DNA of 29,726 nucleotides from Gemmatimonadales bacterium (GTDB taxonomy: Bacteria; Gemmatimonadota; Gemmatimonadetes; Gemmatimonadales; GWC2-71-9): NCBI GenBank assembly GCA_039794085.1, contig JBDIWC010000046.1:1-29726 (forward strand), written 5' to 3'. Position 1 is the first letter of the stretch, and the number at the start of each line of letters is the position of its first letter. Of the stretch, positions 1-8,885 are shown in pieces. The notes beneath the pieces were generated by a model, which worked only from the letters and a program-made list of their open reading frames with translations, did not search any database and had not been told where the DNA came from. The position numbers were made by a program, and so were the translations under genes.

Positions 1-25
1 CCAGGCCAATCGTTATATTCGGCAT
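1..25 (-). CDS. Probable 5' end of an IS110-family transposase (partial, runs off the window)
   Basis: Minus strand reads GGAGG-ttggacct-ATG CCG AAT ATA ACG ATT GGC CTG G = MPNITIGL plus a G-initial codon, compatible with the 'xIGLD' first catalytic strand of DEDD/IS110 transposases. Only 8 codons are visible. Confidence 0.55.
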
Positions 26-114
26 AGGTCCAACCTCCAGGTTGTGGGCTCCGAGCCCGGTTTCCTTTTGGAGCACCCCCACGGGTGACTTCGCTTAATC
101 TGGGGGTTGGACCT
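26..114 (-). ncRNA. Structured non-coding region upstream of the putative IS110 transposase (candidate bridge/seek RNA or translational control hairpin)
   Basis: Closing stem 26-40 AGGTCCAACCTCCAG / 100-114 CTGGGGGTTGGACCT (14/15 Watson-Crick) encloses two small hairpins: 46-58 GGGCT-CCG-AGCCC and 74-87 CACCC-CCAC-GGGTG. Confidence 0.45.
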
Positions 115-139
115 TCTCATGCAATCTTCCCCCTCTGCA

Positions 140-207
140 CCCTTCAAACTTCACCCTTCAAACCCTTCAAACCCTTCAAACCCTTCAAACTTCAAACTTC
201 AAACTTC
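140..207. repeat. Short tandem repeat: CCCTTCAAA x5 followed by CTTCAAA x2
   Basis: Read directly; overlaps the stop codon of CDS 192..1517. Confidence 0.95.
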
Positions 208-1517
208 TTCCGAAGGGCGTACAGGCGCACATGCTCCACGTCCAGATCATCCTTCCAGAGGCCCAGGACGTAGTCTCCCCCAATCTCCAACGGCTGGAAT
301 CTCTCCGGCATCGTGACGTCACCCAGGTAGTGGCCCTCCGGATCGAAGACTTTCCATCGCGAAGGGCCTGGTGGGTCCCCGGGCGCCTGAAAGGTCTCGA
401 CCCAGAGATGGCCTTCCGCATCCAGTGCGAGACTCTGGAAGGCCGGCAGGGTCGCAGGAAACGGGGCCGCTGGCTCTCTCCCACCGTTCGCATTGATCCA
501 GGCCTCTCGCTGGGCGGCGTCCACGGTTCGCGGCGTTCCGGGGCCGCGCACGATGCGCAGCAACGCCCCATCGGGTCCGTAGGCCCGGACCTCCATCCGA
601 TCGGTCACACCCACGGCCACGGTCTTCCCTCCGGCCGCCGCATGGAAGGTGCGAGCGAAGGGGACTGGTGCATTCCTTATCCGCATCGTGCCCGAGCCGG
701 TCTTGTCGAGGCTCGATTGGATGCTCCGGTGGCTTTCATTGCCCGAGAAGGTGCCGACCGTGTCTGCCAGAGTGCCGTCCGGGGCAAACCGCCGGAGCGC
801 GACGCGATCCCGTACCAGTCCTCCCTCCGGCCCGGGTCGGACGTCCGGGGCGTTGCCGAAAAGCGCAGTCGTGGCCAGATAGCTCCCGTCGTCGAGCCAC
901 CCGACGCCCGAGGCGAAGTGAACGCGCTCACCCTTTGGGCCTTCGCTCAGGGGAACCGACCGGACGAAATCACCGGTCGGCGAGAAGACCAGGATCTTCC
1001 CTCCCACTCGATCATCGGCCCGAATGGTATCTCCCGGGGTGTTGGCAATGGCGATGATGCTTCGTCCCAGCCCCATGAGAGAGGCAAACTCGCCGGGCCC
1101 ACCGCCCGCACCACCCCCCTTAGCCAGCAGTTCTCCCTCCGGAGAAAAGAAGAGCAGCTCGCTGGTTCCGCCGTTGGCGACCACGATGCGACCGTTCGAC
1201 AGCCGAACGGCGTCGCTCACCCGAAAGAGCGCCGTGCCGGAGTCCTCGCCCGCCGAGCCAATCTCCAGGAGAGGCTGGTCCGAGAGTCTCCACCGGCCGC
1301 CCGGAGCCCAGAGACCGGCACCACGGTTTTCCACCACCTGGATCCCCGCGCTGTCCCGGACGATGGAACCCTGCTCCACCGCGCCGCCTCCCCCCCCCTC
1401 GGCCCGACAGCCCACGGCCGCGACCGCCACGAGACCGGCGACCACCACCGCGCCCAGGGGACCTGGACGCACCCTGGCGGGAGAAGTCACCCTCGAACCA
1501 GGCGCGCCACTATTCAC
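192..1517 (-). CDS. Exported 6-bladed beta-propeller-like lipoprotein
   Basis: Lipobox-like AVAAVGC, then 'VRDSAGIQVVEN', 'GGAGGGPGEF', 'LDAEGHLWV', 'WKVFDPEGHYLG', C-terminal 'DDLDVEHVRLYAL'. Exact start uncertain. Confidence 0.75.
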   Translation of the reverse strand: MNSGAPGSRVTSPARVRPGPLGAVVVAGLVAVAAVGCRAEGGGGGAVEQGSIVRDSAGIQVVENRGAGLWAPGGRWRLSDQPLLEIGSAGEDSGTALFRVSDAVRLSNGRIVVANGGTSELLFFSPEGELLAKGGGAGGGPGEFASLMGLGRSIIAIANTPGDTIRADDRVGGKILVFSPTGDFVRSVPLSEGPKGERVHFASGVGWLDDGSYLATTALFGNAPDVRPGPEGGLVRDRVALRRFAPDGTLADTVGTFSGNESHRSIQSSLDKTGSGTMRIRNAPVPFARTFHAAAGGKTVAVGVTDRMEVRAYGPDGALLRIVRGPGTPRTVDAAQREAWINANGGREPAAPFPATLPAFQSLALDAEGHLWVETFQAPGDPPGPSRWKVFDPEGHYLGDVTMPERFQPLEIGGDYVLGLWKDDLDVEHVRLYALRKKFEV

Positions 1518-2070
1518 CTGCCCCTCCCGCTTCCCTGGGGCGACGGACGCTCGTGACGGTGAACCTCAGGGTATCGTCGCCACGCCGGATTCGCACCCGG
1601 AAGCGCTCGCCGACCTTCCTGGGATACTGAAGGGACGGGAGAACGCCGAGTGCACTGGCATGCTTCTCGTTTACCGTCAGGATCTCGTCCCCCTCTCGCA
1701 GACCGGAGGCAGCGGCGGGAGAGCCACACAGAACGGCATCCACCAGTATCGTCATCTGCCGCACGGTTGCCGCGAAGTCCACCCCGTTGGCATCTGACGC
1801 CACATTGCCAGTGGCCCTGATGAGCACTCCCGTGTGGAATACGGACGGGGACGGGTTGCGTCGTCCTCCCCGGGCCTCCTGCCGCGCGAGGAGCGCCTCC
1901 CAGGTCACGCACTCCTGGCGGGGCGTTGCCGATTCCACTCCGGTAGCGCCGACCCCATGCTGCGCATGAAGGGAACCACCAGCCGACAGCAATGCCAGAG
2001 GGATGATGGTGCTCGCACGCGAGAGCAGGCCACGACGGCAGCGACGAGGTCCGGCAGTGTCAATCCACAT
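1510..2070 (-). CDS. PDZ-domain protein with signal peptide
   Basis: 'VDAVLCGSPAAASGLREGDEILTVN...VRIRRG' PDZ signature; stop overlaps the start of the next gene. Confidence 0.7.
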   Translation of the reverse strand: MWIDTAGPRRCRRGLLSRASTIIPLALLSAGGSLHAQHGVGATGVESATPRQECVTWEALLARQEARGGRRNPSPSVFHTGVLIRATGNVASDANGVDFAATVRQMTILVDAVLCGSPAAASGLREGDEILTVNEKHASALGVLPSLQYPRKVGERFRVRIRRGDDTLRFTVTSVRRPREAGGAGE

Positions 2071-2228
2071 ACACTCTCCTCCCTATTTAGGTACGGTCCG
2101 CGGAACCCTGTGAGGAGGAGACGTGGGAATCCGCCATTGGGCACACACGCGGGCAGGCCCGCAGATCACGCGGGATGAATCCCGCGCGATGCACCTGCGG
2201 TGACCGGCGCTGAAGCGCCAGACCCCAT

Positions 2229-2316
2229 CTCACTCCTCACTTCTCACTCCTCACTTCTCATTTCCCGGGGAGGAGGGCATTCACACTTCACACTTCGAAC
2301 TTCGCACTTCTCATTT
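2229..2316. repeat. Heptamer tandem repeats CTCACT(C/T) x5 (2229-2263) and CTTC(A/G)(C/A)A-type (2280-2316)
   Basis: Read directly; the second block overlaps the stop codon at 2311-2313. Confidence 0.85.
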
Positions 2317-3342
2317 CACCGGCCGCGCCTCTCCCCCCTCCTCGACATATCCCGTGATCACAAACCGGTGCCGGAGCTGACCGGGGTTTATCCGCGCGGT
2401 GCTGGTCACGATCGGAGTCCGGATCGACCAGCCGCTCACATACCAGAGACCCGAGGATTGCCGCGCAAAGGCCACTCGCCCCCCCACACCACCAAAATCC
2501 ACGGCCTCCGGAAGATTGGTATACGAGAAGACAACCTCGCGCAGAAAGCCGGTCTCCCCATCCAGCCAGAGCGTCCCCTCGATGTCCGGAATCCGCCGTT
2601 CCCAGGTGGGACGGAAGGTGAGTCCCGCCAGTCCGGCCCGCTTCCCGGACCCCCACTCGAGGGCAAAGCAGTGGGCCTCGAGAAAGGACTCGGAGAGCAG
2701 CACATCCTCGTCGGGCGCGTAGAAGGCGTGTCCGCCATCCGGGTTGGGACGGACATATCCCTCGGTGTGAAGCTGTTGGGGGGCGTGGGTGAGGAAGGGA
2801 CGGGTGGCGGTGCTCCGCTCCGTTCGATCGGTGCTCTGCAGTTCCAACCCAAGGATGGAGAGTTGCCGAGTGAACCGTCGTTGCTCATAGGCGGTCCGCC
2901 GCCCGCGGGCGATGACACTCCCCAGCAGGGCCTTGCGGGCCTCCTCCCACAACACCAGCGCCCGGCCTCCCGAGGCCCGGGCCTCCGGGCACAGATAGGC
3001 CCCCTGCGACACCACGTCGGGCAGGAGCACGGGAGTGGGAGGAAGGGTGAGGGGGATCACCCGGCCGAGAAGAGCCACGGTGACGGTGTCGGAGATGAAT
3101 GACGCGCGGCCGATGCGATCGATGCGGAAGCGGTACACACCCGGCTCGGGGAGCCGCAGCTCGGCGACGCCGAGCTCGTTGGCCAATTCGCGCACCACGA
3201 TGGCCTCGCCGCGGAGCGCGCTCACGATCGCGCCGGCGGCACGCCCGCTCGAATCGGCCAGGCGGATGGTCACCTGCTGGCCCCCCGCAGATATCCAGGG
3301 GATGCCGAGGAGTGTCGCCAGCAGGGTGAAAAACCGAGTCAT
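2311..3342 (-). CDS. Exported protein with carboxypeptidase regulatory-like (beta-sandwich) N-terminal domain
   Basis: Signal peptide; 'LPEPGVYRFRIDRIG', 'LWEEARKAL', 'FYAPDEDVLLSESFLEAHCF', 'DIEGTLWLD'; RBS GGAGG upstream. Confidence 0.7.
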   Translation of the reverse strand: MTRFFTLLATLLGIPWISAGGQQVTIRLADSSGRAAGAIVSALRGEAIVVRELANELGVAELRLPEPGVYRFRIDRIGRASFISDTVTVALLGRVIPLTLPPTPVLLPDVVSQGAYLCPEARASGGRALVLWEEARKALLGSVIARGRRTAYEQRRFTRQLSILGLELQSTDRTERSTATRPFLTHAPQQLHTEGYVRPNPDGGHAFYAPDEDVLLSESFLEAHCFALEWGSGKRAGLAGLTFRPTWERRIPDIEGTLWLDGETGFLREVVFSYTNLPEAVDFGGVGGRVAFARQSSGLWYVSGWSIRTPIVTSTARINPGQLRHRFVITGYVEEGGEARPVK

Positions 3343-3416
3343 CGATCTCTATCCTCCCGGAGGACAGATCATCACCTTCAGAGAGGGGCCCTGCTCCGGA
3401 CACCGGACGGTTTGCC

Positions 3417-3453
3417 CCCCTCTCCCTCCGGGTGAGGGGACGGGGGGTGAGGG
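3417..3453. repeat. REP-like palindrome CCCCTCTCCC-tcc-GGGTGAGGGG..GGGGTGAGGG
   Basis: Imperfect hairpin plus GGGGTGAGGG tail just downstream of the permease stop. Confidence 0.55.
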
Positions 3454-3463
3454 TCCGTGGCCC

Positions 3464-4999
3464 CTACGCGTTCCGCGCCGCCAGGCGGCTGTGTCGCCGG
3501 CCATACAGGTGGTATATCACCACCCCGATCGCCAGCCAGATGCCGAACCGGATCCAGGTGATGGTCGGCAGGTTGAACATCAGGTACAGGCACGCCACGA
3601 TGGAGATCAAGGGGGTCCACGGTGCCCCGGGGACCCGGAAGGGCCGCACCCGGTCGGGTTCCGTGACCCGCAGCACCATCACGCCGACCGACACGATCAC
3701 GAAGGCGAACAGCGTCCCGATGTTGGTCAGGTCCACCACTTCCGCGATGTTGGCGAACGCGGCGAATCCCGCCACGAAGATGCCGGTGAGAATGGTGCCG
3801 ACGTACGGCGTCCGGTACTTCGGATGCACCTTGGTGAACACCGGCGGCATGAGGCCGTCCCGCGCCATGGAAAACAGGATGCGGGGCTGACCCAGTTGGA
3901 ACACGAGGAGCACACTCCCCATCGCGATCACCGCTCCCAGGGCGATGATGAAACGGCTCGCGTTGATCAGCATCGGCGGGCCATCGGCCAGGCTCAAGGC
4001 GGTGATCATCGGCTCCGGCGTGCCGAGCTGCCCCCAGGGCGCCATGCCAGTGAGGACGACCGAGAGGATGATGTACAGCACCGTGGTGATGAGGAGACTC
4101 ATGATGATCCCGAACGGCATGTCCTTCTTGGGGTTTTCCGCCTCTTCCGCCGCGGTGGACACCGCGTCGAAACCGATGTAGCTGAAGAAGATGATCGCCG
4201 CCGCCGCCGAGATCCCCTTGAACCCGTTCGGGGCAAAGCCGCCCTGAGCCGGATCGGTCCAGTTGCCGGGCTTGATCAGGAAGGTCCCCACCACGATGAA
4301 GAGGAGAATGATCCCGATCTTGAGAATCACCATGGCGTTGTTCGAGTTGGCCGATTCGCGGATTCCAATCACCAGCACCACGGTGATGGCCATGACCACG
4401 AGCACCGCCGGGAGGTTGATGATGACGGGAAGGCCGAACAGCATCGGAGCTCCCGACACCGCCGAGGCCAGATACGTTGTGCCCGCCTCGGTGGCTCCCT
4501 GCCCCACCGCCGCCACGGCGTCATAGGCGCTGCGATAGTCGGTGGCGAGCCAGGCCGGGAGGTCCATCCCGAACTGGTGCAGCAGTTCCCGGAAGTGCCC
4601 GCTCCATCCGATCGCCACCCCGATGTTCCCCACCGCATACTCGATGATCAGATCCCATCCGATGATCCACGCGACCAGCTCCCCCAGGGAGGCATAGGCG
4701 TAGGTGTAGGCTGATCCGGAAATCGGAACCATCGCCGCGAACTCCGCGTAGCAGAGTGCCGCGAACCCGCACGCCAGCGCCGTGAGCAGGAACGAAATGA
4801 CGATGGCGGGTCCCGCGCCGGGACGCGCGGCGTCCCCCACGATGGCGGTTCCGGTCGTGGCGAAGATCCCGGCTCCGATCGTGGCTCCGACACCGAGGGC
4901 GGTGAGGTGCCACTTGTTCAGGGTGCGTTTGAGACCGCCGTGTTCCGAGAGATCGGATTCGAAGTCGGCCACGGTCTTCCGGGCAAAGAGTTGGCTCAT
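3464..4999 (-). CDS. APC-superfamily amino acid permease (CAT-like)
   Basis: 'LGVGATIGAGIF', 'CYAEFAAMVPISGSAYTY', 'FFSYIGFDAVSTAAEE', 'PRILFSMARDGL'; start trimmed to MSQLFARK at 4999. Confidence 0.93.
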   Translation of the reverse strand: MSQLFARKTVADFESDLSEHGGLKRTLNKWHLTALGVGATIGAGIFATTGTAIVGDAARPGAGPAIVISFLLTALACGFAALCYAEFAAMVPISGSAYTYAYASLGELVAWIIGWDLIIEYAVGNIGVAIGWSGHFRELLHQFGMDLPAWLATDYRSAYDAVAAVGQGATEAGTTYLASAVSGAPMLFGLPVIINLPAVLVVMAITVVLVIGIRESANSNNAMVILKIGIILLFIVVGTFLIKPGNWTDPAQGGFAPNGFKGISAAAAIIFFSYIGFDAVSTAAEEAENPKKDMPFGIIMSLLITTVLYIILSVVLTGMAPWGQLGTPEPMITALSLADGPPMLINASRFIIALGAVIAMGSVLLVFQLGQPRILFSMARDGLMPPVFTKVHPKYRTPYVGTILTGIFVAGFAAFANIAEVVDLTNIGTLFAFVIVSVGVMVLRVTEPDRVRPFRVPGAPWTPLISIVACLYLMFNLPTITWIRFGIWLAIGVVIYHLYGRRHSRLAARNA

Positions 5000-5098
5000 G
5001 CGGGTCGCCACGGCGCGAAGGGCATCGGGTTTGGGCTCCGGTCGAGTGGTGAGACTGCCGAACAACTTCGGGGACGGGGACGGGGGCGGACTGAAGTA

Positions 5099-5128
5099 AC
5101 CACGAAATACACGAAAAGGCACGAAAGG
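5099..5128 (+). repeat. 30-bp repeat ACCACGAAATACACGAAAAGGCACGAAAGG (left arm of an inverted pair)
   Basis: 28/30 match to the reverse complement of 6261-6290. Confidence 0.9.
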
Positions 5129-5179
5129 GTGGACAAACCGACGTCGTTTGACGGCGGGGTAACTCTCATGGTTGTTCTG

Positions 5180-5944
5180 CTAGAAGGTCACGCGGATCGT
5201 CGTCGTCCCCGCAATCAGCGTTCCCTCGGCCGTGCGGGCGGGTCGAAACCGGTAGTTCCGCATGACCTCTTCGAACTTCTGACTGAACTTCTTGTCGGGA
5301 ATCTCCGGGGTCACTTCGATCCGGTCCACCCGGCCGTCGTCCGCGACCCAGAAAGTAACCGACACCGTCTTGCCCCGCATCACCTTGGGGAACTCGAGCG
5401 GCGGGAGAATCATCTGCCGGGGCTCCGGGGGCCGCCCACTCCCCCCCCCACCGGGTCCGACCCCATCTCCGCTGCCCGGCCCTGTTCCGGCGCCCACGCC
5501 GGTTCCCGTCCCGGTTCCGATTCCCCCACCCGTTCCGGTACCGCCATCTCCCTTCGCCGCCGCCGAGACCGCGACCGGCGGCACCGGGACCGACTGGATC
5601 GGCTCCAGGACCGGGTCCGGCTCCACCACGGGAGGGGGGATCACCTCCGGGACGACCACCGGCACCGGGGTCGGGGGAGTCTCCTGAGGGGGCGGTGGGG
5701 GAGGTGCCGCAATGGCCACCATCTCAACCACCCGCCCTCCTCCACCACCCCCACCTCCGGCAAGAAGGTCGAGCGGACCGGAGGAGGCCAATTGCGGGTC
5801 GGGCGCAAGAATCCCGCTCCGGCTGAGCCAGATGACAAGGAGCACCAATCCGGTGTGGAACACCACCGACGCCGCGAACCCCCGCGGAGATCGGCGGGGT
5901 CTCGGCAGGGCGAGTGGAGGCGGCGAACGAGTCGGTACGTGCAC
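5180..5944 (-). CDS. tonB: Energy transducer TonB-family protein
   Basis: SxxxH anchor 'AASVVFHTGLVLLVIW', Pro-rich and Gly-rich linkers, TonB-C-like end 'VTFWVADDGRV...YRFRPART'. Probable GTG start 5944; the frame stays open to beyond 6235. Confidence 0.75.
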   Translation of the reverse strand: MHVPTRSPPPLALPRPRRSPRGFAASVVFHTGLVLLVIWLSRSGILAPDPQLASSGPLDLLAGGGGGGGGRVVEMVAIAAPPPPPPQETPPTPVPVVVPEVIPPPVVEPDPVLEPIQSVPVPPVAVSAAAKGDGGTGTGGGIGTGTGTGVGAGTGPGSGDGVGPGGGGSGRPPEPRQMILPPLEFPKVMRGKTVSVTFWVADDGRVDRIEVTPEIPDKKFSQKFEEVMRNYRFRPARTAEGTLIAGTTTIRVTF

Positions 5945-6049
5945 GGTTCCCTTGAAGACGCATGGACCAAGGAATCTGGCACATGTGCAGGCCCTTTCCA
6001 ACCGTCTCCCGTCATCGACCGAGCCGAAAGGCAAAGGATTGACGTAGAA

Positions 6050-6250
6050 TCCCGACCCGCCGATGGGGGTCGGCGCTGGGTCCTCGGTTCGGGGCGCGGC
6101 CTGCGGTGCCGGTGCCGGAGGAGTCGCAGTCGATTCGACGAAGATCATCCGTGGGTCGACACGGCTCTCGTCCGGCACGGGTAAGGTGACCGAACGACCG
6201 GCGAGGATCGCTCCGATCAGAAGCCCGGCATGCATCGCGACGGAGACCAG
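6050..6250 (-). pseudogene. N-terminal fragment of a second TonB-like protein, in frame with the downstream tonB
   Basis: 'LVSVAMHAGLLIGAILAG...RMIFVESTATPPAPAP' is a second SxxxH anchor plus Pro-rich segment, abutting the repeat at 6261-6290. Boundaries approximate. Confidence 0.45.
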
Positions 6251-6260
6251 CTTCCTGCTT

Positions 6261-6290
6261 CCTTTCGTGTCATTTCGTGTATTTCGTGGT
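6261..6290 (-). repeat. 30-bp repeat (right arm of the inverted pair with 5099-5128)
   Basis: CCTTTCGTGTCATTTCGTGTATTTCGTGGT. Confidence 0.9.
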
Positions 6291-6340
6291 CGAAATGGCC
6301 GACGCGAGCCTCAGGCGCCTTGGCGGTCGTGTTTGAGGTG

Positions 6341-6379
6341 AAAACGACCACGGGCCCCCATTGTCGGGGGCCCGTGGTC
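6341..6379 (-). terminator. Probable intrinsic terminator of the tonB-exbB-exbD-exbD operon
   Basis: 14-bp perfect stem GACCACGGGCCCCC (6346-6359) / GGGGGCCCGTGGTC (6366-6379), followed by GTTTT on the minus strand. Confidence 0.75.
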
Positions 6380-6403
6380 TCGTGTGCTGGTGACGCGGAC
6401 GCG

Positions 6404-6814
6404 TCAGAGCGATTTTGGTGTGAACCCGATCACCTGAATCCCTGCGCCCCGGGCGATGTCCATCGCCTCGATCACTTCCTGATAGATCCGATCCGGGGCC
6501 GACTTGATGAAGAGCATCTTGGCCGGCCGGGGGTCGAAGATCGTGTGAATCTGGGTGTCGAGCTGGTCCTTCGGAACCGGCTGTCCGTTGATGGCATACC
6601 CGCCATCCTCGGTCAGTTCCAGCACGATCTGCGTGGACGGCGCGGTCGACGCCGAGGCCACCTCGATGGGCGGCACCTGGATATCGACCACCTTCCGCGA
6701 GAGCGGCTGGGCGATCATGAAGATGATGAGGAGAACCAGCATGATGTCGATCATCGGAATCACGTTCGGTTCCGAGCTGACCTCCCCGCGGGCACCACCG
6801 GTGGACATGCCCAT
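6404..6814 (-). CDS. exbD: Biopolymer transporter ExbD/TolR
   Basis: 'EPNVIPMIDIMLVLLIIFMI' TM segment with the conserved Asp; 'YQEVIEAMDIARGAG'. Confidence 0.93.
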   Translation of the reverse strand: MGMSTGGARGEVSSEPNVIPMIDIMLVLLIIFMIAQPLSRKVVDIQVPPIEVASASTAPSTQIVLELTEDGGYAINGQPVPKDQLDTQIHTIFDPRPAKMLFIKSAPDRIYQEVIEAMDIARGAGIQVIGFTPKSL

Positions 6815-6815
6815 G

Positions 6816-7274
6816 TCAGTTCCCTCCCGGGCTTTCGGACCCGAAGAGCTGTCCCTGCGTCTTGATCTCGGTGACGGCCGCGAGCACCGCCACTCCGGCG
6901 CGCCGGGCGGTCTCCACCCCCTCCTGGATCTTGGAGAACTTCAGGTTCTGGTCAGCCTTGAAGTAGAGGATTTTGTCCTCGGTCCGAGCCGCAAAGATGG
7001 CCCGGAGCTGATCCTCCAGGGCCTCGGCGGGAATCGGGAGACCGTTCAGGAAGTATCGTCCGACCTCGTCGATGCCAAGGATCACTTCGCCCTCCCCTTC
7101 GGGAGCGTCCTTGAGGTTGTCACCTCTCGGCATCGCCGCCTTGAATCCAGCCGAGATCAGCGGTGTCACGATCATGAAGATGATCAGCAACACCAGCATG
7201 ATGTCGATCATGGGAATGACGTTCGGCTCGGACTTGACCGCCGTCTGTCCCGCGGTGTTAGCTGATGTGTCCAC
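6816..7274 (-). CDS. exbD: Biopolymer transporter ExbD/TolR
   Basis: 'EPNVIPMIDIMLVLLIIFMIVTP', 'ILYFKADQNL'. Confidence 0.93.
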   Translation of the reverse strand: MDTSANTAGQTAVKSEPNVIPMIDIMLVLLIIFMIVTPLISAGFKAAMPRGDNLKDAPEGEGEVILGIDEVGRYFLNGLPIPAEALEDQLRAIFAARTEDKILYFKADQNLKFSKIQEGVETARRAGVAVLAAVTEIKTQGQLFGSESPGGN

Positions 7275-8004
7275 TACCCGTCACCGCCTTCTGGGTCTGG
7301 AACTCCTTGGTGAAGATCGAGCGACCAAACTCGCTCCCCACACTCTTGATCAGGTAGTCGATCAGTTCCTTGGAGGTATAGGTCATCTCCACAGTCAGGT
7401 ACTCGACCTTGGTGGTGAAGTAGTTGTAGAACCACACCGCCGGAATGGCCACGAGCAGACCCATGGCGGTGGTGATGAGCGCCTCGGCGATACCGGCCGA
7501 GATACCGGCCAGGCCGCCCGACGCCCCGCCCGCTCCCATCGCGGTGAAGGCCGAGACGATGCCCATCGTGGTTCCAAGCAGCCCGACGAACGGGGCCGTG
7601 GATCCGACGGTCGCGAGCACCCCGAGGCCGCGCTTGAAGTCCGAGAGAACGATCAGCATCTGGCGCTCCACCGCGCGCTCGGCCGAGTTGATGTCGGCGG
7701 CGGTGATGGTGGCCCGGTCGCGGAGGAGGGGCTTCACTTCGGCCAACGCCTCGCCGAGCACCTTGGCCACGTGGCTCCCCTTGTTCTTCTCCGCCAGGGT
7801 GATGGCCTGGTCGAGCTGCTCCTCTTGAATGGCGCGGGAGAACTGCGGCGCGAACTTCCGGGTCGCCGAGGCGCTCTTCCAGATCTGCACCATCTTGGTG
7901 AAGGCGACCTGCAGCGAGAAGATCGACATCGCCGCCATGACAAACACAACGCCCCGCGCAAACGCTCCCGCGTGGCCCCAGATTTCCAGAATATCTACGC
8001 CCAT
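7258..8004 (-). CDS. exbB: MotA/TolQ/ExbB proton channel protein
   Basis: 'LATVGSTAPFVGLLGTTMGI', 'GIAEALITTAMGLLVAIPA'. Confidence 0.93.
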   Translation of the reverse strand: MGVDILEIWGHAGAFARGVVFVMAAMSIFSLQVAFTKMVQIWKSASATRKFAPQFSRAIQEEQLDQAITLAEKNKGSHVAKVLGEALAEVKPLLRDRATITAADINSAERAVERQMLIVLSDFKRGLGVLATVGSTAPFVGLLGTTMGIVSAFTAMGAGGASGGLAGISAGIAEALITTAMGLLVAIPAVWFYNYFTTKVEYLTVEMTYTSKELIDYLIKSVGSEFGRSIFTKEFQTQKAVTGSGHIS

Positions 8005-8079
8005 GGTTCCTCGAAGCTCCTGAGTGAGGTTAGTGCCAATGTGAATCCGCCTGCCAAACCGGTCGAGCCGGGACGCCCT

Positions 8080-8784
8080 TTAGTTCGTGATGGAGAATGC
8101 CATCGCCTGCTGCACCAACTGCCGGACCGCCTGCCCGCGGATCCGGGCGGGACGGAACACCGACTTCATGATCGCCTCCCGGGCCGGTTCCTCGAACGCC
8201 TTGTTCGAGCTCCGCAGGATCTTGAACGACCGCGGTTCGGCATGCCCCGTCGTGTCCACGACGAACTGCATTTCCACCCGTCCCGTGATGCCCGCCTGCT
8301 GCAGAACCGGCGGATAGCGGGGCGTCGGCTGGGAAATCGGCCGGACCGGATCATCCACCTGCTCCTGGAGGTAGGTCTCCTCCTGGAGGACCGGACCGGT
8401 TCCGCCGATGACGCCGGCGGCGATACCCCCTGCCACACCACGTCCCGAGAAGTCCTCCGGATTGAACTTCTCGTTCAGGTTCACCGGAGGGATCGTGGTG
8501 GGGATCTTGTCCGGGGGCATGATGGTCTGGAACCCCTGGGGCGGCGGGTTGGCCGTCACGATCGCGTCGGGCGGCACTTCCTGCGGCGGAGGGGGGGGAG
8601 GCGGCTCCGGAGGCTTGAGGAAGGTGAACGTCGTATCGGCCATGATTTTGTCAATAACCTCGGCCGCCCCGGCCGTGGCCTGGACGGCAAGGAAGATGAC
8701 CACACCATGGACGACGACAGACATGATGGCCTGTCCCCAGGTCCGGGTCTTCTTCGGCTTTGATTCGATCAGGTTCTCGAACAT
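8080..8784 (-). CDS. tonB: Energy transducer TonB
   Basis: 'MSVVVHG' anchor, poly-Pro, 'PRYPPVLQQAGITGRVEMQFVVDTTG...FRPA'; start MFENLIES at 8784. Confidence 0.92.
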   Translation of the reverse strand: MFENLIESKPKKTRTWGQAIMSVVVHGVVIFLAVQATAGAAEVIDKIMADTTFTFLKPPEPPPPPPPQEVPPDAIVTANPPPQGFQTIMPPDKIPTTIPPVNLNEKFNPEDFSGRGVAGGIAAGVIGGTGPVLQEETYLQEQVDDPVRPISQPTPRYPPVLQQAGITGRVEMQFVVDTTGHAEPRSFKILRSSNKAFEEPAREAIMKSVFRPARIRGQAVRQLVQQAMAFSITN

Positions 8785-8885
8785 CGGATTCAGGTCTCCT
8801 CGGTCGAAGTCCCTACGCGAGACCAAGTAAACACCTGAACCTGTCGTACCTGTTCAATCAGGATGACAAAACGATAACAGTCACA

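Noticed and set aside
85..316. Short plus-strand ORFs with PFK/SNP repeats
   Set aside because: Products of the CCCTTCAAA tandem repeat, antisense to a real gene end.
2169..2186. Hairpin CGCGGGAT-GA-ATCCCGCG as a terminator
   Set aside because: Very short loop and no U-tract on either strand; function unsupported.
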